A stretch of DNA of 24,849 bases from a virus. Below are positions 15,944 through 23,594 of the stretch, in pieces. Position numbers and translations under genes: made by a program. Within the stretch, counting starts at the first letter, position 1. Each line of letters starts with the position of its first letter. The stretch covers positions 250,694 to 275,542 of the IMG/VR virus record IMGVR_UViG_3300035698_012504; one strand, 5' to 3'. The notes under the pieces were generated by a model. It worked only from the letters and a program-made list of their open reading frames with translations. It made no database searches and was not told where the DNA came from.

Positions 15944-16639
15944 TTATAAACTATACTTATTTTTTAAATCTTTCATTCGTGTCTCTACTAGTTTATCATA
16001 CTGATTTGGAATCATGCACACGCCATTTTTAAGGCACACTAACCCACCCTTTTCGGAAACACATTCCATTAATCCAACAGATTCATGAATTGTTCTTGTA
16101 ACTGTTTCAGTTATTTTAATCATTCTAGCTGAGTCATGACTTGGATAACTTACGGAGTCCCAAGTTACTACATGTAAAGGATGTTGAACTTCATATACAA
16201 CATCACTACCTTCATTTATTTGTTTTACATCTCCCATTCCACGGAAACTAAATCCGACAGGAACGCCATCTTCGGCAAGATTTTTTAAGATGTAACCATT
16301 AGGAGTTCTTAATGTTTCTATAGTCGCCATTAATTTATTTGAACTCCAACCAGTCTCTAAGATTCTATGAGAACAGTCTTTATATAATACTGTTACTTGT
16401 CTAACTGGGTTCTGATCTATTGGGTGATCTAGCTCTCCAATAAAAGATCCTTCTTGTACTCTCTTCTTAATAGAGTTCAGACCTTCATCCAATAAAGCTC
16501 TACTATACTTTCTTTTATTTCTATTTATCTCATCACACGTTTGAAGGATGCACTCCATTCTAACTCTACCATTTTTATCGGTAGATTTTAGTTTGGTTGG
16601 GACAGATACTACGCTTGGTGATTCTGCGATTATAAACAT
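15944..16639 (-). CDS. Prohead core protease, T4 gp21-like (peptidase U9)
   Basis: 'EINRNKRKYSRALLDEG...GELDHP' matches T4 gp21 'VVNRNKRLYPKRILEKA...GELNHP'. 'GVPVGFSFRGMG' matches 'GWIPGVSSRGLG', the catalytic Ser region. 'VVTWDSVSYPSHDSA' matches 'VDAVWGPSAPDAWV'. The protein is 231 aa. Confidence 0.8.
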   Translation of the reverse strand: MFIIAESPSVVSVPTKLKSTDKNGRVRMECILQTCDEINRNKRKYSRALLDEGLNSIKKRVQEGSFIGELDHPIDQNPVRQVTVLYKDCSHRILETGWSSNKLMATIETLRTPNGYILKNLAEDGVPVGFSFRGMGDVKQINEGSDVVYEVQHPLHVVTWDSVSYPSHDSARMIKITETVTRTIHESVGLMECVSEKGGLVCLKNGVCMIPNQYDKLVETRMKDLKNKYSL

Positions 16640-16658
16640 ATTGAGTTACTCCACTTAT

Positions 16659-16886
16659 TTATTTTCCAACGGGGGCACCATGAAATGGCAAGCCCTCGGG
16701 CTCTCTTCTTGCTTTTTTAACTACTGAGGTTGTTTGAGTTGGAGCCTTCTTCTTTTTCTTTAGTGCATTTTTTATTCTAGCTTTTATGGTAGCCGCTTTT
16801 GATGTAGGCGCACCATGCATACCCGCGCGAACATTAGTAACTGCCTTAGACGCTACTTTTGCTATAAAGCGTTCAGATACATACAT
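16659..16886 (-). CDS. Small, highly basic Lys/Ala-rich protein that resembles a T4 internal protein; paralogue 1
   Basis: A 75-aa protein whose N-terminus 'MYVSERFIAKV' is shared with the adjacent 82-aa paralogue. About 25% of residues are Lys or Arg. It sits between the portal and prohead protease genes, as the T4 prohead-core and internal-protein genes do. Confidence 0.5.
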   Translation of the reverse strand: MYVSERFIAKVASKAVTNVRAGMHGAPTSKAATIKARIKNALKKKKKAPTQTTSVVKKARREPEGLPFHGAPVGK

Positions 16887-16899
16887 ATTATTATACCTC

Positions 16900-17148
16900 T
16901 TATGCGGTCGCTGGGATCAGTTTATTTTTTATTTTTTTAACAACTTTTCCAGCAGCCTTCTTAGTGCCTCTCGCTACTCTTTGTCCTAGAGTAGTTGTGC
17001 CAGTCATTTTGGCGGCTTTTGCTCTTGCAGCTATCATCTTAGCGCTATTTGGGTTTTTTAATGACTTAGCAACTGTAGACGTATTTTTAGACCCGATCTT
17101 TGATGCCTTCTTTAAAAGGGTTCCTATAAATCTTTCTGATACATACAT
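16900..17148 (-). CDS. Small, highly basic Lys/Ala-rich protein that resembles a T4 internal protein; paralogue 2
   Basis: An 82-aa protein beginning 'MYVSERFIGTLLKK'. Its 5' coding DNA is conserved with paralogue 1: ATGTATGTATCAGAAAGATTTATAGG against ATGTATGTATCTGAACGCTTTATAGC. Confidence 0.5.
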   Translation of the reverse strand: MYVSERFIGTLLKKASKIGSKNTSTVAKSLKNPNSAKMIAARAKAAKMTGTTTLGQRVARGTKKAAGKVVKKIKNKLIPATA

Positions 17149-17609
17149 TATACTCTGGCTCCTTCAATTTTGTCTGTTATTTCTACTATGAACTTTGTGT
17201 ACTTGGTTAAAATATCTTCAACATCTTCTTTAAATTTTTGATAGTTATCTATCACTACATTAAATAGATCTATTGATTCGATTACTTTTAATTTAATATT
17301 ATCCAATTTTGGATCTGTAATATATTCTAAGACATTACTGATGGATACTAACCTAGTGTATAACTTCTTTAATTGATATAGTTTACCTATATCTGTTCTA
17401 TCAATTATTTCTTCCGGGGGCATCTCTTCAGCGGCTGCATCTGGAGCAGCCCCTGGAGGAGCCTCTGCACCTATATCACCTTCTTGGGGATCAGCAGGAG
17501 TTGGAGGAGCAGCCTCTTTAGGAGGCGCTTCTTCGACAGGAGCCTCCTCTTCTGGAGGTACTTCTTCCTGTTCTATTAAACGATTAAATAATCTTTCCCA
17601 TTTATTCAT
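17148..17609 (-). CDS. Protein with a low-complexity Pro/Glu/Ala-rich N-terminal half; possible prohead-core or scaffold-associated component
   Basis: A 153-aa ORF. The N-terminal roughly 70 aa read '(E/P/A)n' ('EEVPPEEEAPVEEAPPKEAAPPTPADPQEG...') and the C-terminal half is ordinary. Its position between the portal and the internal-protein-like genes mirrors T4 gp67/gp68. Confidence 0.45.
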   Translation of the reverse strand: MNKWERLFNRLIEQEEVPPEEEAPVEEAPPKEAAPPTPADPQEGDIGAEAPPGAAPDAAAEEMPPEEIIDRTDIGKLYQLKKLYTRLVSISNVLEYITDPKLDNIKLKVIESIDLFNVVIDNYQKFKEDVEDILTKYTKFIVEITDKIEGARV

Positions 17610-17643
17610 TTTTTCTCCAAGTAAATGATATGCAAATCTTTAA

Positions 17644-17655
17644 AATTTGTCCTCA
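17644..17655 (-). promoter_or_regulatory. Conserved motif TGAGGACAAATT, copy 2 of 3; part of a candidate sigma70-like promoter
   Basis: The minus strand reads 'TGAGGACAAATTTTAAAGATTTGCATATCATTTACTTGGAGAAAAAATG'. AGGACA (4 of 6 matches to TTGACA) is followed by a 17-nt spacer and then TATCAT (5 of 6 matches to TATAAT), with GGAGA and the ATG of gene 17148..17609 further on. 17 of 18 nt are shared with copy 3. Confidence 0.4.
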
Positions 17656-17682
17656 GCAATTAGCGATGTCTAAATAGTTTAT

Positions 17683-20600
17683 TTAAAATCCACCGCCACC
17701 ACCCATGCCACCAGGTGCTTCCTCGCCTTCATCTTTACCTTCAATCTTATCTTGAAGCTTCTGAGCTCTCTCAAATTTATCAATTTCTTCCCAAGGAAGG
17801 TTAAGATATTTCTTACATAACCATTCTTTATTAACTCCAAGTTCTTCTAATATTTGAACAATAGATTGTATTTGTTGAAAGTGCTCACCTTCCCGTTCTA
17901 TTTGAAGTAGCTTAGGAGGTGAAAATGTAACTAAAATTCCTACTGGTAATTTTTCATTTCTTATATATTTATATAATTTAGAGAACAAGCTCATTATATT
18001 TCGTGTAAGCATTTGTTGATACGCTACAATAGTTCTGGCAAATACATCATTTTCATGTGCAAGTGCAGCTTTATTACTATTATGAATAAATATACCAGCC
18101 GAAACTGCAAAGTTATGGTATGTCTCTACTCTGATATCACCACAATCGATTTTATATGATAATTTTTCAACTTTAACTACTTTATGGTTTAATATCAGTT
18201 CTTTTACTTCTCTCTTTCTAGTAAATATTTCACTTCTCTGTTGTGCTGTAGAAACTGCCCGATACTTATTTAAACAATTAGGATTATAACAAATAGTCTT
18301 ATATTGTTTTTCTTCCCAAGTGCCAAATCTTGAAGCCTCGGTGTAAACATAAAGATTTTCACATACTTCACAATATCTATATTCTATATTAGACCATAGA
18401 CGTCCTTTAAGTTTAGTCATTGATATGTTAGCTTTTCTAACCATCTTAGCACAATAATTATCATCGCAATTATACCATTTATATGGTTGCTCTTCTAATT
18501 GTTTCTTTAATTTTTTTGTTAACGTCTTAGTAAATTGCTTGCCACAATGAGAACATGACATAGTTATTTCTGGAAACTTTTTATCATAATCAATTTTACG
18601 AGAATCCCATGATAAACGACCTGTTTGTTGATGTCTTATTTTTCTACAAGCAGACGAACACGTCGTTTGAACTGTATCAGATCTATTAGTAAATGTTTTA
18701 CCACATATTTCACACGTTCTTTCCTCATATGAAGTACCAGGTACAGACAGTTCGAATAATTTTTTACGATTTTCTTGTAATTTTGTAAGTTCTTCTTTTG
18801 AAAATAACTTTGTACGGGCATGTAATGCAAGATGATCTCCAGCGGATAAACCCACTAAATTTTTAGTAGAATTGTTCAATGGATTCATATCTATATGATG
18901 ACAATGCTCATTACTAACAGCCATCTTTGTATAATGACTAAATGATCTATGCATCCAATCCCAAACATCTATTCCCGGATGATAAACATAATTATATTTA
19001 GTAGCTTTTTCTTTATTTCTACTTTTAATATAAGGTTTCATTTTCTTATAAAACGGCATTAAAGAATCACCTGGTTGTAAAGAACCAGCTTCAACATATT
19101 CACCACTTCTTTTCATCATTTTATGTTCAGGAGTAATTATTAAAAATTCACCATTATCTAATGTTATCTTAACAGCATCTACATCAAATTGAGTATATCC
19201 GGCCCATGTGACTTTATTCGGAAATACAACCCCCAAATCTTCATCATAAGAAATAACTTCAAATTCTTCACCTTTTTCAAATCTATCTATCATTTCTTTA
19301 AGGAGGATTTTCTTTCCATTAGTCAATTCGATGTAAGTCGTTGATACACAAGAAGATAGATTCTCCTCGAGGTTCATATATGCGGGAGGCACGTCTAAAC
19401 TAGACACTAACATATCCCTGAAAAACTTTAATTCATCTGTAACATCTCTGATGTTAGTTGGTGATTCTATTCTATCAAACTGAATTGCAGGTTCACCACC
19501 CCTTGGTCTTGGTATATAATATTCTTCATAAGATGTTATCATTGAAGGTATTGAAGAAATATTTCCCCAACTATCCACACTATGCTTTCTCTTCTTAGTC
19601 TTCTCTTGGAAGTCGGCAATAATATTTCTTACTTGTCTATCGGGAGAGGCATCAACGATAATCATCCTTTTATCACTAGAGTCAGATACTCTCTTAATAG
19701 TAACAGCTACTTCTAATGCTATCAATAACTTAGCCTGCCACATTGATTTGTAGAATATACTTTCTCCGTATGGGAAGAATCTCTTATTATAAATACAAAA
19801 ATGCTCCATCCGTTCAGGCGGAACATATCTTACTATTAACTTCTGATCATCTGTATTTTTTATCTCAGCCATTGCTCTGTTAATCAAAGTAACTAATTCT
19901 TTCTTATCTACTTTAGCATCCTTGGCAACATTTACACGACCTATATACTTAGAGACTGCTTTCATTATTTCTGCATATACTTTTTCTACTCCCGATAGAT
20001 TAGTATTTCTTGGATCATATCCAGTAATTTTCTTATTTAGATTCTGATTTGTTTTCATGGTCGCCCCAGACGAACTATTACTATTAATAGGAATAACTAA
20101 ATATCCTAAACACATTTTAAATCGTCTGGATTGTATCTTTATAACAGCTCTAGAATCGTGTACTATTAGTTTAATCTCTTCTAAAGCAGATTCTAGATTT
20201 GGTTTATCACTTGTAGGATTATCTTCATCTTTTTTCTTTTTTCTTACAGCTTCATCTATTACTACAACTGGCTCTATAGTTTTAGTATAGGCTTCACCAT
20301 TTTCATTAAGATATTCTATGTCTACTGATTCTAGAGTCATAACAGCATCTTCTGGCAATCCTTGCCTATCTGCTTCTGTAAGAATAACTTGAGTAACTGG
20401 TACCTCTTTAGATTTGTAACTAGCAAATTCTACGAACTGATCTCCGTACGATAAAGTATTACTTATTATATCATGTATCTCACCTTCTAAACCTAGATGG
20501 TCAGATATTGCTCTTATATCGCCTATTTTACTTTTATCTTTTTCTGATAGATCTTTTCCTCCAGTGATGTTGATGACCTCTTTCGAAACATCATCGGGGG

Positions 20601-20973
20601 ATAGGATACCATCTGTAATAACTTTTAATGCTCTAGAACAATAAGGTATATTGTCAACTATCTCATCTGCGTTATTATATCTCCAATATCTACCTTGTAG
20701 TTCTTCTGAATCTACTAGTTCTTGTGTTAAATCTCCAAGTGTCTTTTTGGCCCAGCTCTCATCTCCACCAACATCCATAGATTTAATAATAGAATTTTTA
20801 ATAACTTCGGCATATTTAAATGAATGTTTATCCACTATAGTATCTGATATTTTATCTAGTACATCATCGACATTATCTAGTTCCTTCTTGGTTGTTGTAC
20901 CAATTATCTTGGACACTATTTTGTCAAATGAGGACTGAATAGGATCAGATACTTTATTTTTCTTTTTTGCCAT
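17683..20973 (-). CDS. Portal protein, T4 gp20-like, interrupted in frame by a 424-aa intein
   Basis: The exteins match T4 gp20. 'AKLLIALEVAVTIKRVSDSSDKRMIIVDA' aligns with '[26 protein letters not shown]'. 'YEEYYIPRPRGGEPAIQFDRIESPTNIRDVTDELKFFRDML' aligns with '[43 protein letters not shown]'. Once the intein (residues 542-965) is removed, the mature portal would be about 672 aa. The C-terminus is 'GGMGGGGGF'. Confidence 0.8.
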   Translation of the reverse strand: MAKKKNKVSDPIQSSFDKIVSKIIGTTTKKELDNVDDVLDKISDTIVDKHSFKYAEVIKNSIIKSMDVGGDESWAKKTLGDLTQELVDSEELQGRYWRYNNADEIVDNIPYCSRALKVITDGILSPDDVSKEVINITGGKDLSEKDKSKIGDIRAISDHLGLEGEIHDIISNTLSYGDQFVEFASYKSKEVPVTQVILTEADRQGLPEDAVMTLESVDIEYLNENGEAYTKTIEPVVVIDEAVRKKKKDEDNPTSDKPNLESALEEIKLIVHDSRAVIKIQSRRFKMCLGYLVIPINSNSSSGATMKTNQNLNKKITGYDPRNTNLSGVEKVYAEIMKAVSKYIGRVNVAKDAKVDKKELVTLINRAMAEIKNTDDQKLIVRYVPPERMEHFCIYNKRFFPYGESIFYKSMWQAKLLIALEVAVTIKRVSDSSDKRMIIVDASPDRQVRNIIADFQEKTKKRKHSVDSWGNISSIPSMITSYEEYYIPRPRGGEPAIQFDRIESPTNIRDVTDELKFFRDMLVSSLDVPPAYMNLEENLSSCVSTTYIELTNGKKILLKEMIDRFEKGEEFEVISYDEDLGVVFPNKVTWAGYTQFDVDAVKITLDNGEFLIITPEHKMMKRSGEYVEAGSLQPGDSLMPFYKKMKPYIKSRNKEKATKYNYVYHPGIDVWDWMHRSFSHYTKMAVSNEHCHHIDMNPLNNSTKNLVGLSAGDHLALHARTKLFSKEELTKLQENRKKLFELSVPGTSYEERTCEICGKTFTNRSDTVQTTCSSACRKIRHQQTGRLSWDSRKIDYDKKFPEITMSCSHCGKQFTKTLTKKLKKQLEEQPYKWYNCDDNYCAKMVRKANISMTKLKGRLWSNIEYRYCEVCENLYVYTEASRFGTWEEKQYKTICYNPNCLNKYRAVSTAQQRSEIFTRKREVKELILNHKVVKVEKLSYKIDCGDIRVETYHNFAVSAGIFIHNSNKAALAHENDVFARTIVAYQQMLTRNIMSLFSKLYKYIRNEKLPVGILVTFSPPKLLQIEREGEHFQQIQSIVQILEELGVNKEWLCKKYLNLPWEEIDKFERAQKLQDKIEGKDEGEEAPGGMGGGGGF
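18079..19350 (-). mobile_element. Intein (Hint domain plus HNH homing-endonuclease domain plus Cys-rich zinc-ribbon motifs) inserted in the portal gene
   Basis: The intein begins with Cys ('NLSS|CVSTTYIELTNGKK', block A) and ends 'FAVSAGIFIHN|S', which is the block-G His-Asn followed by a +1 Ser on the C-extein. The internal HNH motif is 'EHCHHIDMNPLNNSTKNLVGL...DHLALH'. Several CxxC pairs are present ('CEICGKTF...CSSAC', 'CSHCGKQF', 'CEVCENLY...CYNPNC'). I verified the nucleotide boundaries by hand: TGT at 19350-19348 and AAT at 18081-18079. Confidence 0.7.
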
Positions 20974-20975
20974 TG

Positions 20976-21416
20976 TTATTTTACTCCGAATTTTTCTTCT
21001 GATTCAGGGAGGTTAGTAGTAAGGGATAACTCATCTTCAGATACTCGATCTACAAATTCGTTTATAAGGGAAATAGATATAGATTCTAAATCTCCAAATA
21101 TATTAACTAAATCCCTCATTATGGTGGGACCACACATTCTAAATACAAGTTTTATATAGTCTTTTTGGAATTCCTCTATCTCTTCTTTATCTATAGATAC
21201 TCCACTTGTAGAATATATTAATACTTGATCTCTATATATTTTTGTATATGATACTCTTTTAGCATTTATTAATATATCCATAACTGTATCATAATGCTTT
21301 AAAGATATGCATCTATCTACTCTATCAACTAAAGCTATGTATACATTATATACGGGTACACTAATCAGCATCAATGCTACTAAAATCCACATCATCTTCT
21401 TCCTTCTCAGTTTCAT
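20976..21416 (-). CDS. Hypothetical small membrane protein
   Basis: The N-terminus 'KKMMWILVALMLISVPVYNVYIAL' is a single transmembrane helix. Translation may really begin at Met8 or Met9 (21395 or 21392). At the annotated start the ORF overlaps the upstream ORF by 56 nt. Confidence 0.4.
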   Translation of the reverse strand: MKLRRKKMMWILVALMLISVPVYNVYIALVDRVDRCISLKHYDTVMDILINAKRVSYTKIYRDQVLIYSTSGVSIDKEEIEEFQKDYIKLVFRMCGPTIMRDLVNIFGDLESISISLINEFVDRVSEDELSLTTNLPESEEKFGVK

Positions 21417-21813
21417 CCAAAGATTCAGCTAATTCTTTATCCATTAATGCTAACTCTTTTTTTGCATCTTCTTCTGACATTTCAGCAGCTTCTGTTATTT
21501 CTCTATCAATACTATCTACTGCTTCAACGTCTTCAGAGTCATCTACCACTACATCTGATATATCACCAAAAGAATATTCCTTGTCTTTTTTCTTTATTCT
21601 GGTTGTATCTTTTTGTATATGGACAGCACTGATTTCTCCTGGAAACCCTAGTACTATATCCGTATTAGTTTCAAAATAATTTATTTTATTGGAAGCCATT
21701 TGTTCAGAGATAACCTCTGCTAGCGCATCATCACTCATCGATTCGTCATCATCGGTTATCACTATATTTCTATTACCTATTGATTTTAGATAATATACTA
21801 TTTTTCTTGGCAT
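21361..21813 (-). CDS. Hypothetical acidic protein
   Basis: A 150-aa protein rich in Asp, Glu and Ser ('ITDDDESMSDDALAEV...EEDDVDFSSIDAD'). It is coupled to the upstream gene with a 2-nt gap. Confidence 0.4.
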   Translation of the reverse strand: MPRKIVYYLKSIGNRNIVITDDDESMSDDALAEVISEQMASNKINYFETNTDIVLGFPGEISAVHIQKDTTRIKKKDKEYSFGDISDVVVDDSEDVEAVDSIDREITEAAEMSEEDAKKELALMDKELAESLDETEKEEDDVDFSSIDAD

Positions 21814-21815
21814 CT

Positions 21816-22091
21816 TTATCCTTTCAAATCCAAATTCATATTCATGTCACTAGTCGGTCTCCTAAGAGAATATTTTGACTTAGTTAACCTTCTACTTCTT
21901 GCGTTATTATAATCATCCTCGGAAACGTCTTCAGTAGAAAAATCTCTAATTTCTAATCTCTTAAACATTGCATCATATTGTGCTTTTTCAGATTCTTTTA
22001 TAACAAATCTTGTTGGTGTTCTTCTTGTCTCACCATTCACCAATTTAATTACTCTATTTGCTTCTTTGATATGAATACGAAAATGTTTCAT
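21816..22091 (-). CDS. Hypothetical protein
   Basis: A 91-aa basic ORF between two acidic ORFs, with no recognisable motif. Confidence 0.4.
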   Translation of the reverse strand: MKHFRIHIKEANRVIKLVNGETRRTPTRFVIKESEKAQYDAMFKRLEIRDFSTEDVSEDDYNNARSRRLTKSKYSLRRPTSDMNMNLDLKG

Positions 22092-22109
22092 ATATGTGTT
22101 CCTTTTGGC

Positions 22110-22775
22110 TTAGTAATAATCTTCTTCGAAATCGTCAACGATGTCTTCTATTTCATCACCAATGTCATCGTCATCAGGAACAACACCCATTGTACTTACA
22201 TCAACATCATCGTCTAGATCGTCAAATTCTTCATCTAGAAAATTAGTATCCAATACATCATCGGCATCGGTATCTAAATTTTCAGCTAAAGAATTCATTT
22301 CACCTATCAGTCTAGTGATTATCTCACCTTCTTGATCTGTAAATTTAACTTCTTCTAGTACTTCGATTTCACCGTCTTCATTAATAGGACCTTCAGGGAT
22401 ATCCAAATCATCTGATGCATCTGCTTCTTCTTCAAGGACATTTAAAGGAGAATCCTCTAAATCCTCCTCTTCCAGAAGTTCATCCAGATCAGAAATCAAA
22501 TCATATCCATCCTCGGCTTCTTCTAAATTGTGCTTGATCCCATGTGTATCTTGCTGTCCACCATCATGTTTACCTGGTTTGGTAATACGTGAAGCTAGAG
22601 CGTTGATGTCAGGATCTGCTAACGTTTCAGGGAGATCTCCGTTCCCTCTCCATCCAACGATTTTACCACAGGTGCCATCGTTATCAAAATTCGCACCGGC
22701 GATATCTAGGTCTTTCGCATTCTGTTCTAGAATTGATTCTAGAAAGCTAATGTACCCTTGTCTTTCTTTATCCAT
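22110..22775 (-). CDS. Hyper-acidic protein; candidate DNA mimic or anti-restriction factor, or a head-internal acidic protein
   Basis: A 221-aa protein. Its C-terminal roughly 150 aa are more than 40% Asp/Glu ('...LDEEFDDLDDDVDVSTMGVVPDDDDIGDEIEDIVDDFEEDYY'). It has its own upstream region with a GGAGGA ribosome-binding site and the conserved TGAGGACAAATT motif. Confidence 0.45.
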   Translation of the reverse strand: MDKERQGYISFLESILEQNAKDLDIAGANFDNDGTCGKIVGWRGNGDLPETLADPDINALASRITKPGKHDGGQQDTHGIKHNLEEAEDGYDLISDLDELLEEEDLEDSPLNVLEEEADASDDLDIPEGPINEDGEIEVLEEVKFTDQEGEIITRLIGEMNSLAENLDTDADDVLDTNFLDEEFDDLDDDVDVSTMGVVPDDDDIGDEIEDIVDDFEEDYY

Positions 22776-22843
22776 GGTATTTCCTCCATATAATTAAAAA
22801 TCTCCGTAAACAGTACGGACTAAAATGCTTTACAATTTGTCCT

Positions 22844-22855
22844 CATTTTTAAACT
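22844..22855 (-). promoter_or_regulatory. Conserved motif TGAGGACAAATT, copy 3 of 3
   Basis: The minus strand reads 'ATGAGGACAAATTGTAAAGCATTTTAGTCCGTACTGTTTACGGAGATTTTTAATTATATGGAGGAAATACCATG'. The motif lies about 60 nt upstream of the ATG of gene 22110..22775 and is followed by a 5-bp palindrome, CCGTA-ctgtt-TACGG. Confidence 0.4.
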
Positions 22856-22877
22856 TGTTAAAATGTACACAATTAAA

Positions 22878-23594
22878 TTATAATTTATTAAATGATGCGA
22901 CGACTCTCATATCTCCTGTTATGCATATATCATTGGGGTTTACGTCGCCTGTCACATCCCCAATCCATTCTACAAATTCATATCCATCGTCTGGTATAGC
23001 TTCTAAGGTAGCACAGGTACCATATTTAACTTTATTCATTACCCCCGTTACAACGCCACCGACACTTGGGGTGCATTTCACTGAGTAGTAATCTCTTATA
23101 AACATAAGTTGTAGATCATAATCTTGTATCATCTGTAGGACTAGAAGGACGTTAGAAGAATAATTTTTATCTTCGATTCTCCAGCCATAAAATGTCCATC
23201 CTGGATCCGCCACCGCTATTATATTAACATATGAATCTTCATATTTTATTCCCACAACTGGATCTGGAGTAGTAGTGCCATTGCCAGTAACTGTTAATGT
23301 TAATTCATATATCTTCTGAAAATTAGCAGTTAATGTTATATCATCAACCATTGCAATAGTTATTGAATTAGTAGAGGCATCTGGATATTCTTCCCAACTT
23401 AAAAAAACATAACCAGTAGCCGGGGTTGCGGTGACTGTAACTTCAACATCTTTAGTTATAAGATTAGGACCATAATCATAATTTAAGGAACCTATACCTG
23501 TGTATTCTAATTGGAGAATCACCTTAGTAACTGCTTCAGTCGAGGATGTTAATCCGCCCGACAAATATGATAATGAATCAAATACTATAGCCAT
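22878..23594 (-). CDS. Protein with three tandem InlB-B-repeat-like (Big-like beta-sandwich) modules; probable fibre or adhesin component
   Basis: It has the thrice-repeated signature 'G(Y/W).F..W': 'ATGYVFLSWEEY', 'DPGWTFYGWRIED' and 'DDGYEFVEWIGDV'. Its start overlaps the stop of the upstream fibre-like gene (TAATG). Confidence 0.5.
   Translation of the reverse strand: MAIVFDSLSYLSGGLTSSTEAVTKVILQLEYTGIGSLNYDYGPNLITKDVEVTVTATPATGYVFLSWEEYPDASTNSITIAMVDDITLTANFQKIYELTLTVTGNGTTTPDPVVGIKYEDSYVNIIAVADPGWTFYGWRIEDKNYSSNVLLVLQMIQDYDLQLMFIRDYYSVKCTPSVGGVVTGVMNKVKYGTCATLEAIPDDGYEFVEWIGDVTGDVNPNDICITGDMRVVASFNKL

Noticed and set aside
17148-17609. Calling the Pro/Glu/Ala-rich ORF a T4 gp22 scaffold orthologue
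   Set aside because: Only composition and position support it. There is no alignable similarity to gp22, and at 153 aa it is much shorter than gp22 (269 aa).
18636-18830. Minus-strand 64-aa ORF inside the portal gene
   Set aside because: It is out of frame within the intein-coding segment of the portal ORF. It is a spurious nested ORF.
1875-22797. All remaining plus-strand ORFs of 60-103 aa (1875..2072, 6623..7054 group, 7742..7975, 8435..8617, 8997..9197, 9737..10048, 12512..12936, 13409..13603, 14145..14405, 16786..17191, 20057..20938, 21374..21679, 21978..22335, 22528..22797, 22825..23088, 24026..24232)
   Set aside because: Every one is embedded antisense within a well-supported minus-strand gene. 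They are Ser/Leu/Phe-rich, as expected from reading AT-rich antisense DNA, and lack ribosome-binding sites.
22804-22818. An intrinsic terminator formed by CCGTA-aacag-TACGG followed by a T-run on the minus strand
   Set aside because: The stem is only 5 bp. The element sits between the putative promoter motif and the ribosome-binding site of gene 22110..22775, which is an odd place for a terminator. It is noted only as a possible 5'-UTR structure.
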